Of a stretch of 64,000 nucleotides of DNA, positions 1 through 8,569 are shown one piece after another. The stretch comes from Planctomycetota bacterium (GTDB lineage Bacteria > Planctomycetota > Planctomycetia > JALXBF01): positions 62,001 to 126,000 of the forward strand of contig JALXBF010000065.1 in assembly GCA_026991575.1 (NCBI GenBank), written 5' to 3'. The translations under genes and the position numbers were made by a program. Within the stretch, counting starts at the first letter, position 1. The number at the start of each line of letters is the position of its first letter. A model generated the notes under the pieces. That model saw only the letters and a program-made list of their open reading frames with translations. It searched no databases and was not told the origin of the DNA.

Positions 1-1095
1 AGCAAGCGTTTCTGGGCTCTCGTATGCATCGCTCTCCACTCGTGCTTGGTCGTGCTTCTCGCGTTCGTCCTGGTGGGCCAGATTGACGGCGGGGAAGGCG
101 ACCGATCCATGGAGGCCGGAGGTGGTCTGAAGCGGTACGTTCGCACTGAACCTCACATGGGAACGTACTTCACGATCATTCTATATGCCCCCGACTCGGA
201 AGCAGCCGAAGCGGCTTTCCACGCCGGATTTCAGCGGATTCGCCGGTTGGACGAGATCTTCAGTGATTACCGCCCGGACAGTGAGCTGAACCGGTTGTGC
301 CGGCAGGCCGGGGCGGGCCCGGTGCACGTGAGTCGCGAGCTGTTCGAGGTGCTGACGCTGGCCCGCCGTGTCTCGGAAGCCAGCAGGGGGGCGTTTGACG
401 TGACGGTCAAGCCGGTCGTCCGGCTCTGGAGGCGTGCCCGTCGCCAGCGCCGGCCGCCTTCGCAGGCTCGCTTGCGTGCTGCCTTGGAACTGGTCGACTA
501 CCGCGCGATTGAGCTCGACGCGGCACGCAGAACTGTGCGGCTTCGGCGGCGCGGGATGCGGCTGGACCTCGGCGGCATCGCCAAGGGCTATACGCTTGCT
601 GCCGTGCTGAGCGAGCTTGCCGCGCGGGGCATCCAGCGGGCGCTGGTGGACGGTGGCGGTGATATCGCTGTGGCCGATCCGCCGCCGAACAAGAACGCGT
701 GGCGGGTCTTGGTTCCGACGCCGGAGGAAATGAGGGGTGAGCCGGTTATCCTCCGGTTGCGTCACAGTGCGGTCGCGACTTCCGGCGATGCGGAACAGTA
801 CGTGGTGTTGAACGCTAAGCGGTACTCTCACATCATCGATCCGAGAACGGGTTGGCCTGTGGTCGGTCCCCGCCAGGTAACCGTCGTCCACTCCTGTGCG
901 ACGCTCGCGGACGCATGGGCCACGGCACTGTCGGTGCTTGAACCCGAAGAGGCGATTGCGCTGGCCGATGCCCGGGGGTTGGCGGCCAGGGTTATCTATT
1001 CGCCCCGCCCTGGTTCGTTCGAGAGTTTGGATAGCAGAGCGTTCCGCAAGCTGGTAAGCTATCAGGTACCCTCCCCCGTGCCGCCCCGCCCCTGA
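1..1095 (+). CDS. apbE: FAD:protein FMN transferase (flavin transferase), probably 5'-truncated by the window edge
   Basis: Motifs MGT, GAFDVT, LDLGGIAKGY, GGDI, VATSG, RYSHIIDPRTG, ADAWATA. The frame is open from base 1 with a hydrophobic signal-like stretch (ORF track start is 46). Confidence 0.93.
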   Translation, partial: SKRFWALVCIALHSCLVVLLAFVLVGQIDGGEGDRSMEAGGGLKRYVRTEPHMGTYFTIILYAPDSEAAEAAFHAGFQRIRRLDEIFSDYRPDSELNRLCRQAGAGPVHVSRELFEVLTLARRVSEASRGAFDVTVKPVVRLWRRARRQRRPPSQARLRAALELVDYRAIELDAARRTVRLRRRGMRLDLGGIAKGYTLAAVLSELAARGIQRALVDGGGDIAVADPPPNKNAWRVLVPTPEEMRGEPVILRLRHSAVATSGDAEQYVVLNAKRYSHIIDPRTGWPVVGPRQVTVVHSCATLADAWATALSVLEPEEAIALADARGLAARVIYSPRPGSFESLDSRAFRKLVSYQVPSPVPPRP

Positions 1096-1169
1096 AGCGT
1101 TCGCCCGCCTGCGATCCCGTTGGGACGTGGCTGACCTGCTTGATCGGTCGTTTACGGAGGTTTTTCGAG

Positions 1170-2492
1170 ATGGCATCCCAACGCAAGCCATACGATACGC
1201 GCCGTGCGTTTCTCAAGAAAGGTGCAGCAGCAGCGGCCGGTGCGGCTGCTGTCGGTAGCTTGCCGGTGGAACGGTTCGCCCATGCTGCGGGTAGTGATGT
1301 GCTGAAGATTGGTCTGATCGGCTGCGGCGGCCGTGGCACGGGAGCCGTGCGTGACGCGATCCTGAGTGGCCATCCGGTCAAGCTGGTGGCCATGGCGGAC
1401 GCGTTCGACTTCCAGCTTCAAAGGAGCCTGGAGCGACTGCTGGCCAACCCCAAGCTGCGCGACAAGATCGACGTGCCGCCGGATCGGCAGTTCGTGGGCC
1501 TGGATGCGTACAAGTATGTCTGCCAGTCGGATGTAGACGTTGTCATCCTGGCCACGCCGCCGGGCTTCCGGCCGGCGCACTTCGTCGAAGCGGTCAAGAA
1601 CAACAAGCACGTTTTCGCCGAGAAGCCGATTGCAACGGATGCCCCGGGCGTGCGTCAGTTCCTGGCGGCCGTCAAGGAGGCGAAGGCTAAGGGCCTGGGG
1701 GTGGGCATCGGCTTGCAGCGGCACCACCAGAACGTCTACATCGAGACGATGAAGCGGCTCAAGGACGGTGCCATCGGTGACATCAATTTCATGCGGGCGT
1801 ATTGGAACGGTGCTGGTGTGTGGGTGCGAGACCGCAAGCCGGGCATGAACGAGCTGCAGTACCAGGTATGGAACTGGTACTACTTCGTCTGGACCTGTGG
1901 GGACCACATCGTCGAGCAGCACATCCACAACATCGACGTGATCAACTGGTTGAAGGGCACCCATCCGGTCAAGGCACAGGGCCAGGGTGGTCGGCAGGTA
2001 CGGACGGGCAAGAAGTACGGCCAGATCTTCGACCACCACTTTGTCGAGTTTACGTACCCGGACGGGTCGGTCATGCTCAGCCAGTGCCGCCACATCCCGG
2101 GCTGCTGGAACAGCGTGTCCGAGCATGCCCACGGTTCCAAGGGCAGTTGCCACATCGGTCAGGGGGTGATTCGCGACAAGAAGGGCAAGGTGATCTGGCG
2201 CTATCGGGGCAAGCGGAACAACCCGTATGTCCAGGAGCATTACGACCTGTACGCGAGTATCTTGGCCGGTGAGCCGATCAACGAAGGCGAGTACGGTGCG
2301 CTGAGTACGATGACGGCGATCATGGGGCGGATGGCAACGTACTCGGGCAAGGAGGTCACATGGGAGACCGCGTTCAATTCGAACCTGAACCTGCAGCCCG
2401 CGGAGTACTCCTGGGATGCGGAGCCGCCGGTGAAGCCCGATGAGAATGGCTATTATCCGGTGCCAGTTCCTGGTCAGACGATCGCGTGGTAG
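1170..2492 (+). CDS. Tat-exported Gfo/Idh/MocA family oxidoreductase
   Basis: Tat motif RRAFLK, Rossmann motif GLIGCGGRG, ATPP, EKP, EQHIHNID. ATG at 1170 with GGAGG at 1156-1160. Confidence 0.9.
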   Translation: MASQRKPYDTRRAFLKKGAAAAAGAAAVGSLPVERFAHAAGSDVLKIGLIGCGGRGTGAVRDAILSGHPVKLVAMADAFDFQLQRSLERLLANPKLRDKIDVPPDRQFVGLDAYKYVCQSDVDVVILATPPGFRPAHFVEAVKNNKHVFAEKPIATDAPGVRQFLAAVKEAKAKGLGVGIGLQRHHQNVYIETMKRLKDGAIGDINFMRAYWNGAGVWVRDRKPGMNELQYQVWNWYYFVWTCGDHIVEQHIHNIDVINWLKGTHPVKAQGQGGRQVRTGKKYGQIFDHHFVEFTYPDGSVMLSQCRHIPGCWNSVSEHAHGSKGSCHIGQGVIRDKKGKVIWRYRGKRNNPYVQEHYDLYASILAGEPINEGEYGALSTMTAIMGRMATYSGKEVTWETAFNSNLNLQPAEYSWDAEPPVKPDENGYYPVPVPGQTIAW

Positions 2493-2555
2493 GAGCAGAG
2501 AGGAAGCCGTTGGAGGTGGGCCCGGTCGGATTGAAGACCGGGCCCACTTCGCATT

Positions 2556-5500
2556 TCAGCGGAAGTCCCGCGACTGCATCGCAAGGCGGCCCAGCAAGGA
2601 GGACCAGTCATCGAGCCGCGTTACAAGCACGTGGTGCACGTCTGCCTGGCGGTCGAGTGTGCCTTCGGCGTAGAGGAGAGTCGCGTTGCGAGCAGCCGAT
2701 CGGTACCGTTCCCAGGTATCAGGCCGGACCATGAGGTTGACCATGCCGGTCTCGTCTTCCAGTGTCACGAACGTGACTCCTTTAGCCGTGCCCGGGCGCT
2801 GGCGTACCAGGACCAGCCCAGCCACACGGACGTACTCACCCGACTTGCGGTTGCGCAAGGCAGCAGCCGTGCAGATGCCGCGCTGCTGCAACGTCGGTCG
2901 GAGGGACTCCAGGGGGTGAGCTCTTAAGGAGAGGCCCAGAGCGAAGTAGTCTTCCAGTACTTCCCGGCTGCTGGACTGGCTGGGCAGTGGAAGCTCAGGC
3001 TGATCGGCCTGCAGGCTGACCAGCAGGGGGCGGCTGTCGTTTGTCAGTGCCATTGCCTGCCACATGGCCTCGCGCCGCGACAGACCGAGCGAGCCGAAGG
3101 CATCGGCACGGGCCAGGCACAACACTTTGTCCCGAGCTATGCCGGTGCGCGCCTGCAACTCGGCTACTGAGCGGAACGGGCCGTGTCGCGCGCGCTCGTC
3201 CAGGAGCCGCCTGGCCGTCGCTTCGCCAAAACCTCGCACCAGGCAGAGCCCCAGTCGCACGGCAAAGTCGTCCTGAAAAGGCTCAAGCAAGCATTCCCAG
3301 CCGCTGGCGTTGACATCCACGGGCAGCACCGTGACCCCATGGCGGCGAGCGTCCTGGACCAGTTGGGCCGGCGGGTAGAAGCCCATCGGCTGGCTGTTGA
3401 GCAGGGCGGCCAGGAAGGCTGCCGGGTAGTAGCGCTTAAGCCACGCCGAAACGTAGACCAGCAGGGCGAAGCTGGCCGCGTGAGATTCCGGAAAACCATA
3501 CTCGCCGAACCCCCGGATCTGCCGGAACACCTGCTCGGCGTACTCCCGGGAGAGGCCGTTGCGAAGCATGCCGTCGATCAACTTTTGGCGGAACTGTTCG
3601 ATCAGACCCGGGCGCCGCCAGGCTCCCATGGCACGCCGCAACTGATCAGCTTCCCCGGGCGTGAAGCCTGCGGCCACCACGGCCAGACGCATCGCCTGTT
3701 CCTGAAACAGCGGCACTCCGAGAGTCTTCTCCAGTACCTGCCGGATTGCGTCGTTCGGGTAGGTGACCGGCTCAAGCCCCTGGCGACGCCGCAGGTACGG
3801 GTGCACCATGTCACCCTGGATCGGGCCCGGCCGTACGATGGCCACTTCGATGACCAGATCGTAGAAGCAACGGGGCTTGAGACGGGGAAGCATGTTCATC
3901 TGAGCTCTGCTTTCAACCTGGAAGACGCCAATCGTGTCGGCTTTGCAGATCATGTCATAGACCTTGGGGTCTTCTGCCGGGACGGAGGCAAGGGTAAGCG
4001 GTCGGCGGTAGTGCTTCTGCACCAGGTCGAAGCAGTGGTGAATGGCCGTGAGCATGCCCAGCGCCAAGCAGTCGACTTTGAGCATGCCAAGTTCCTCCAA
4101 ATCGTCCTTATCCCACTGGATCACGGTGCGACCGGGCATGGCTGCGTTCTCGATCGGCACCACCTCACACAATGGCCCGCGACTGATCACCATGCCTCCG
4201 ACATGCTGAGACAGATGGCGGGGAAAACCGACAAGCTGTCGGACCAGCCAGATGAGTCGACGCATGGTGCGGGTGGATGGGTCGAATCCAGCCGCTTGGA
4301 ACCGATCCGGTAGGCGGTCGAGGTCGCCGTGAGCGTCGACGGCTTTGGCAAGTCGATCGATGCTGTCCTGGCTGAGGCCCAGGGCTTTAGCCACATCTCG
4401 GATGGCCGAACGGGTCTGGTAGGTGATCACCGTTGCAGCCAGACCGGCACGATCACGGCCGTACTTGCGGTACAAGTACTGGATTACTTCCTCGCGGCGC
4501 TGGTGCTCGAAATCGACGTCAATGTCCGGTGGTTCGTTGCGTTCCTTGCTTACGAATCGCTCGAACAGCAGGTCCATCCGGTCCGGGTCCACGGCCGTGA
4601 TTCCCAGACAGTAGCACACGGCGGAGTTGGCCGCGGATCCTCTGCCCTGGCAGAGGATGTTGCGTGAGCGGGCGAAACGGACGATGTCCCAGACGGTCAG
4701 AAAGTACGCTTCGTAATTCAGCTCGCTGATGATGCGCAGCTCGTGCTCGATCTGCCGACGCACCTTTTCGGGAATACCGTGCGGATAACGCTCCTGGGCT
4801 CCCTTCCAGACCAGCTCCCGAAGGTGCTGAGCGGGCGAGCGGCCCGGGGGGCAGAGTTCCTGTGGGTACTCGTACCGCAGTTCATCGAGCCGGAACGTGC
4901 AACGCTCGGCGATCTCCAGTGTCCGCCGCAGCGCGTCATGATGATCGGGCCAGAGCCGGCGGATCTGATGGACGGATTTCAGATATCGCTCTGAATTGGC
5001 AAACAGTCGTCCGCGCGCTTCGGACACGGGCCGGTTAAACCGAACGGCTGTGAGCACGTCCTGAACGTAACGACGGTACGGAAGATGATAGTGGACATCA
5101 TTGGCGATGACAGTTGGAACGTTTGCCCACCGGGCGATCCGTTCCAGGAAGCGGAGGGTGTCTTGGTCTGAGCCATTCAGGTGTCGCTCCAGCAGCAGGT
5201 AGCATCGATCGTGGAACAGGTCGCGGTAAGCTCCCAGCCAGCGCGCGTGCTGTTGGAGACGCGGGCCGGTGGTCGGCGAATCGCCTTGGAGTGGTTCCTC
5301 ATGCAGGAGCACGCCGGCTAGAAGGCCGTCTGAGTGGTCGGCCAGGTCGTCGAAGTTCAGGTCGCTCTGTCCCTTAGGGGCGCGAAGTCGACCGAGGCTA
5401 ATCAGCCGACAAAGACGGCCGTAAGCAGCACGATCCGGTGCCCACAGTACGACCGGGGGAGCATCGCGCAGGGTGATCTGGGCTCCGACGATCAGCTTCA

Positions 5501-5672
5501 AGCCCACATCGCGTGCGGCCACGTGAGCACGCACGATGCCGGCCAGGCTATCCAGGTCCGTGATGGCTAAGGCGCGATAGCCGAGCTGCGCCGCCCGGTG
5601 AACGAGTTCGTCCGGGTGCGATGCCCCCACCAGGAAGGAGTAGTTGCTCTTGCAGTGCAACTCGGCGTACAT
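2556..5672 (-). CDS. dnaE2: Error-prone DNA polymerase III alpha subunit (DnaE2/ImuC)
   Basis: PHP start YAELHCKSNYSFL, GRGSAANS, PDIDVDF, KVDCLALG, YGFPESHAASF, C-terminal SRDFR motif; lies downstream of imuAB. Confidence 0.96.
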   Translation of the reverse strand: MYAELHCKSNYSFLVGASHPDELVHRAAQLGYRALAITDLDSLAGIVRAHVAARDVGLKLIVGAQITLRDAPPVVLWAPDRAAYGRLCRLISLGRLRAPKGQSDLNFDDLADHSDGLLAGVLLHEEPLQGDSPTTGPRLQQHARWLGAYRDLFHDRCYLLLERHLNGSDQDTLRFLERIARWANVPTVIANDVHYHLPYRRYVQDVLTAVRFNRPVSEARGRLFANSERYLKSVHQIRRLWPDHHDALRRTLEIAERCTFRLDELRYEYPQELCPPGRSPAQHLRELVWKGAQERYPHGIPEKVRRQIEHELRIISELNYEAYFLTVWDIVRFARSRNILCQGRGSAANSAVCYCLGITAVDPDRMDLLFERFVSKERNEPPDIDVDFEHQRREEVIQYLYRKYGRDRAGLAATVITYQTRSAIRDVAKALGLSQDSIDRLAKAVDAHGDLDRLPDRFQAAGFDPSTRTMRRLIWLVRQLVGFPRHLSQHVGGMVISRGPLCEVVPIENAAMPGRTVIQWDKDDLEELGMLKVDCLALGMLTAIHHCFDLVQKHYRRPLTLASVPAEDPKVYDMICKADTIGVFQVESRAQMNMLPRLKPRCFYDLVIEVAIVRPGPIQGDMVHPYLRRRQGLEPVTYPNDAIRQVLEKTLGVPLFQEQAMRLAVVAAGFTPGEADQLRRAMGAWRRPGLIEQFRQKLIDGMLRNGLSREYAEQVFRQIRGFGEYGFPESHAASFALLVYVSAWLKRYYPAAFLAALLNSQPMGFYPPAQLVQDARRHGVTVLPVDVNASGWECLLEPFQDDFAVRLGLCLVRGFGEATARRLLDERARHGPFRSVAELQARTGIARDKVLCLARADAFGSLGLSRREAMWQAMALTNDSRPLLVSLQADQPELPLPSQSSSREVLEDYFALGLSLRAHPLESLRPTLQQRGICTAAALRNRKSGEYVRVAGLVLVRQRPGTAKGVTFVTLEDETGMVNLMVRPDTWERYRSAARNATLLYAEGTLDRQADVHHVLVTRLDDWSSLLGRLAMQSRDFR

Positions 5673-5851
5673 CGTTGTTCCGTTCCGGCTCTCTCTACCG
5701 CGACGTACTCGGTGAGCGGTATCGGGAGTGGGGCGTAGGTGCGATCCGTTGCAGCATCCTGTCGTGCTGCCTGGTCAGCTTGCCCGCGGCAAGAGGCGTC
5801 ATCTTCCCGGGCCTTCGGAACGGCTGTCCGGACGAGACGGTACCACCGGTG

Positions 5852-7555
5852 TCATTCGAAGATCCCGTGGAGGTACCAGTGGCCGTCGTTCAGGTCACGG
5901 AACAGCCAGAGGTGGGTGCCGTCGGTCGTCTCCACCCGGTAGTAGTCCCGTCGCACAGTACGCTGGCTGCGCCACCAACCGGTTTCGATCCGTTCCGGTT
6001 CGCTGAACCGGTGCGCAGTCCAGCTTCGACCGTAGCCGCGGAACTTGACCGGGAAACCTTGCACCGTGCTGAGCGTGACGATGAGCTGCTCCGGTTGCTT
6101 CAGCAGCCGTAGGGGCCGGGCCACGGCAGCCAGCATTGTCGTCGGACTCGCGCGTGTGTCATTGTCGCCGGCCCGCCGAAGGCGCCTGGCTTGGCTTGCA
6201 GCGTGCCGGTGCGGTCGACGCAGGGCAGCAGATAGCATGGGGATGAGCCGTACGGCATGCTCAGGTTGAGCGTCCGGCAGATCGATGACCCGGAGTACTC
6301 GATCGCCCCCAAGACGATGGACAAGCCGCTCAACCAGCATGGCCCAACGGTCGGAGTTGGTGTCATCGCAGATGCCGGCAAAGAGGGTGTGCTGCTTGGG
6401 CGGTTGGCTTACGAGTTCATCGGATTCCAATCGGATCGCCTCGACACGCTCAGAGAGCATGAGCTGTTCGAGTTGTAAGTCGATCAGGCTCTTGAGGTGC
6501 TCGAAAGAGGTCGTGGGATGGAACAGGGTGATTGGGATGAGATGGTCCGATCCGCTTTCGAAGTAGATGGTTAACATGATCCTCGCGATGCTGTGTGATC
6601 GCTGAATCGCCGCACGTACCAGACGAGCGAGCAACCGCTCCACGACGTAGCGCACCAGGGAGGCGTCATCACATGCCATGTCGAATTGCCATAGCTCGCA
6701 CAGATGAGGTTTTTCTTTAGGAGGTCGAAGCCGGTCTTCTTTCAAACCGAACATCTGGTCCAGTCGTTCCAACAGAACGGCACCGAAGCGTTCCTGGAGG
6801 GCGTAGCGGGGGATGCCGATCAGGGAGCGAAGGGAATGGATGCCGAGCGAAAGTAGCTGCTGGGTTACAGAGTCCGGCAGCCCAAGCGCGTGAGGGGGCA
6901 AGTGGCGAACGGCCTGCAGCGTATGTCCTGCTCGAGCAATGACCCATTCCGCTTCTGCATCTCCTGAGGCGAGCCGGCGCGGTCGAGGCAGAGTGTCGGA
7001 GTGGACGGAACCGGTACGGAGCACATCGAGTGGGAGGTCCTCAACAGAAGCGGGACGATGGTAACGGGCCAGGGCGTAAGCTGCTCGGGGAGTATCGGCT
7101 AGTGCGATCCGTGCCCAGTAGCCCCAGCGGACAAACGTCTCGGCAATACGACGCACCATAGCCTCCTCGCCACCAAAGAGACGTTCACAACCGCTCATGT
7201 CCAGCAGAAGACTCTGAACGGGAGAGTCATACCCAAAGGTGACGATGGGCGAGAAACGCAGACAGCGTTGGCGTAGTGTTTCCAGTGCCGCTTGGTCCTT
7301 GGTCGGTTCCCAGCGGTGGAACACAATAGAGGAGAGCCGGTCTTTTTCGGCCGGTAGCAGGGCCCGAGCTTCAGCCAGTGGCATTCCGGGACGAACACCA
7401 CGCGCGGCCGCTTCACGGGACACGGCCACCACAGTTGCCCCTTGCCGTGTCGGTTCGTCATACAGCACGAGCAACGCGGAGAGCAGTTCTGGGTGGGCGT
7501 GCACCAGACGCTGCAGCGGCCAGCTCGGGAACCACACGCACAATACCCGCCGCAT
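5852..7555 (-). CDS. imuB: ImuB, catalytically inactive Y-family polymerase
   Basis: Start MRRVLCVWFP, GVRPGMPLAEA, no SIDE catalytic motif (LLLDMSG instead), clamp-like motif QHTLF, C-terminal PERIETGWW...RDYYRVE...WLFRD. Confidence 0.9.
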   Translation of the reverse strand: MRRVLCVWFPSWPLQRLVHAHPELLSALLVLYDEPTRQGATVVAVSREAAARGVRPGMPLAEARALLPAEKDRLSSIVFHRWEPTKDQAALETLRQRCLRFSPIVTFGYDSPVQSLLLDMSGCERLFGGEEAMVRRIAETFVRWGYWARIALADTPRAAYALARYHRPASVEDLPLDVLRTGSVHSDTLPRPRRLASGDAEAEWVIARAGHTLQAVRHLPPHALGLPDSVTQQLLSLGIHSLRSLIGIPRYALQERFGAVLLERLDQMFGLKEDRLRPPKEKPHLCELWQFDMACDDASLVRYVVERLLARLVRAAIQRSHSIARIMLTIYFESGSDHLIPITLFHPTTSFEHLKSLIDLQLEQLMLSERVEAIRLESDELVSQPPKQHTLFAGICDDTNSDRWAMLVERLVHRLGGDRVLRVIDLPDAQPEHAVRLIPMLSAALRRPHRHAASQARRLRRAGDNDTRASPTTMLAAVARPLRLLKQPEQLIVTLSTVQGFPVKFRGYGRSWTAHRFSEPERIETGWWRSQRTVRRDYYRVETTDGTHLWLFRDLNDGHWYLHGIFE

Positions 7556-8234
7556 CGTCCATCTCCAGATAAAGCGCCGCGGAATCCATGCGCCCACGAC
7601 AGCGCAACAACTCCACGCGAACGATACGTCCTCTGTGAGCCGAGCACGGAACTGCCTGCACCAGCCAGCGAAGCTCAGCCCAGGACGCCTCGTTGATCGC
7701 TGCCACAGGACGGATCAACACACAAGGACGTCCGCCAGATTCGGCCGCAAGCTGTAGGCGACGCGAGGCACGATGGTCCAGGCGGTCGACAATCCCTAGC
7801 ACCGCGGCTACCGCAGCACAACGCACGGCTTCATCCAACGCCCAGATCGCTTCCGATACCGAACGAGGCCGCACTACCAGGAGCTGCTCTGCGGTAAGCC
7901 CCCAGGGAAAAGCCGCTGGCGGATAAAACTCCCCCCCAACATCCACAACCACCACCTTGCCCGCTCTGCCTTGCTCCTCAGCCGCTGCGGCCACCGTTCG
8001 AACAGCCAGACTCCAAGCACCACTGCCCAGCTCCCCCAACCACTCCAGAAGGCATCGCCGCGAGATGCCTTCCTCGGGAAGCAACCGGTCCAGCTCAGGA
8101 ATTCCCAGCCGAAAACGCCGCACCTCGTTCCGCTCGACCGCATACAACCCCACACGCAGGGCCTGGATCTCTTGAGCCAGCCGCTGTACCGTGCTGCGCC
8201 GGTCCCCAACGCTGCTTGTGCCGGTGCTCGCCAT
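7458..8234 (-). CDS. imuA: ImuA, RecA/SulA-like accessory protein
   Basis: GIPELDRLLP, FYPPA, RRLQLAAE; overlaps the imuB start. Confidence 0.88.
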   Translation of the reverse strand: MASTGTSSVGDRRSTVQRLAQEIQALRVGLYAVERNEVRRFRLGIPELDRLLPEEGISRRCLLEWLGELGSGAWSLAVRTVAAAAEEQGRAGKVVVVDVGGEFYPPAAFPWGLTAEQLLVVRPRSVSEAIWALDEAVRCAAVAAVLGIVDRLDHRASRRLQLAAESGGRPCVLIRPVAAINEASWAELRWLVQAVPCSAHRGRIVRVELLRCRGRMDSAALYLEMDDAAGIVRVVPELAAAASGARPPRTALRVARAV

Positions 8235-8279
8235 GATCGCCGCTCTCCCAAACGCAGACCATCGTCTCCGGCCGTTTCC

Positions 8280-8308
8280 AGCATACTGAACATTTGTTCA
8301 GTTTTCAA
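8280..8308 (-). promoter_or_regulatory. Sigma70-type promoter of imuABC (TTGAAA-17-TATGCT) with palindromic operator ACTGAACA-N2-TGTTCAGT (8285-8302), putative LexA box
   Basis: Read directly on the minus strand, about 45 bp upstream of imuA. The core is GAAC-N4-GTTC. Confidence 0.75.
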
Positions 8309-8569
8309 GCCCTTCCCCATAGCTGCCGACACGCGAAACAGTTACGCCTTGCTCGCCGTTCCAACCCCAGGCACCAGCAAGCACTACTTCTGCGAACACA
8401 GCCCTTGCACCGTCCAGCAGCCGTAGAAGAGTCTCCCAGCGTCAGCCCCGCCCACAAAGCCCACGGCACCGTGCCCCAACAGCGTTCCTGCCCGATATGC
8501 TGAGAAGGACGGAAACGAGGCCCAAGCCGAACAGCTGAAAGCAAAGACCCAACCGAGGAGCTTGCCTCC

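Noticed and set aside
2556..5672. Intein or frameshift in dnaE2
   Set aside because: The length (1038 aa) and continuous motifs are typical of DnaE2.
5673..5851. Small ORF between imuB and dnaE2
   Set aside because: Minus-strand frames give only short peptides with no recognisable features.
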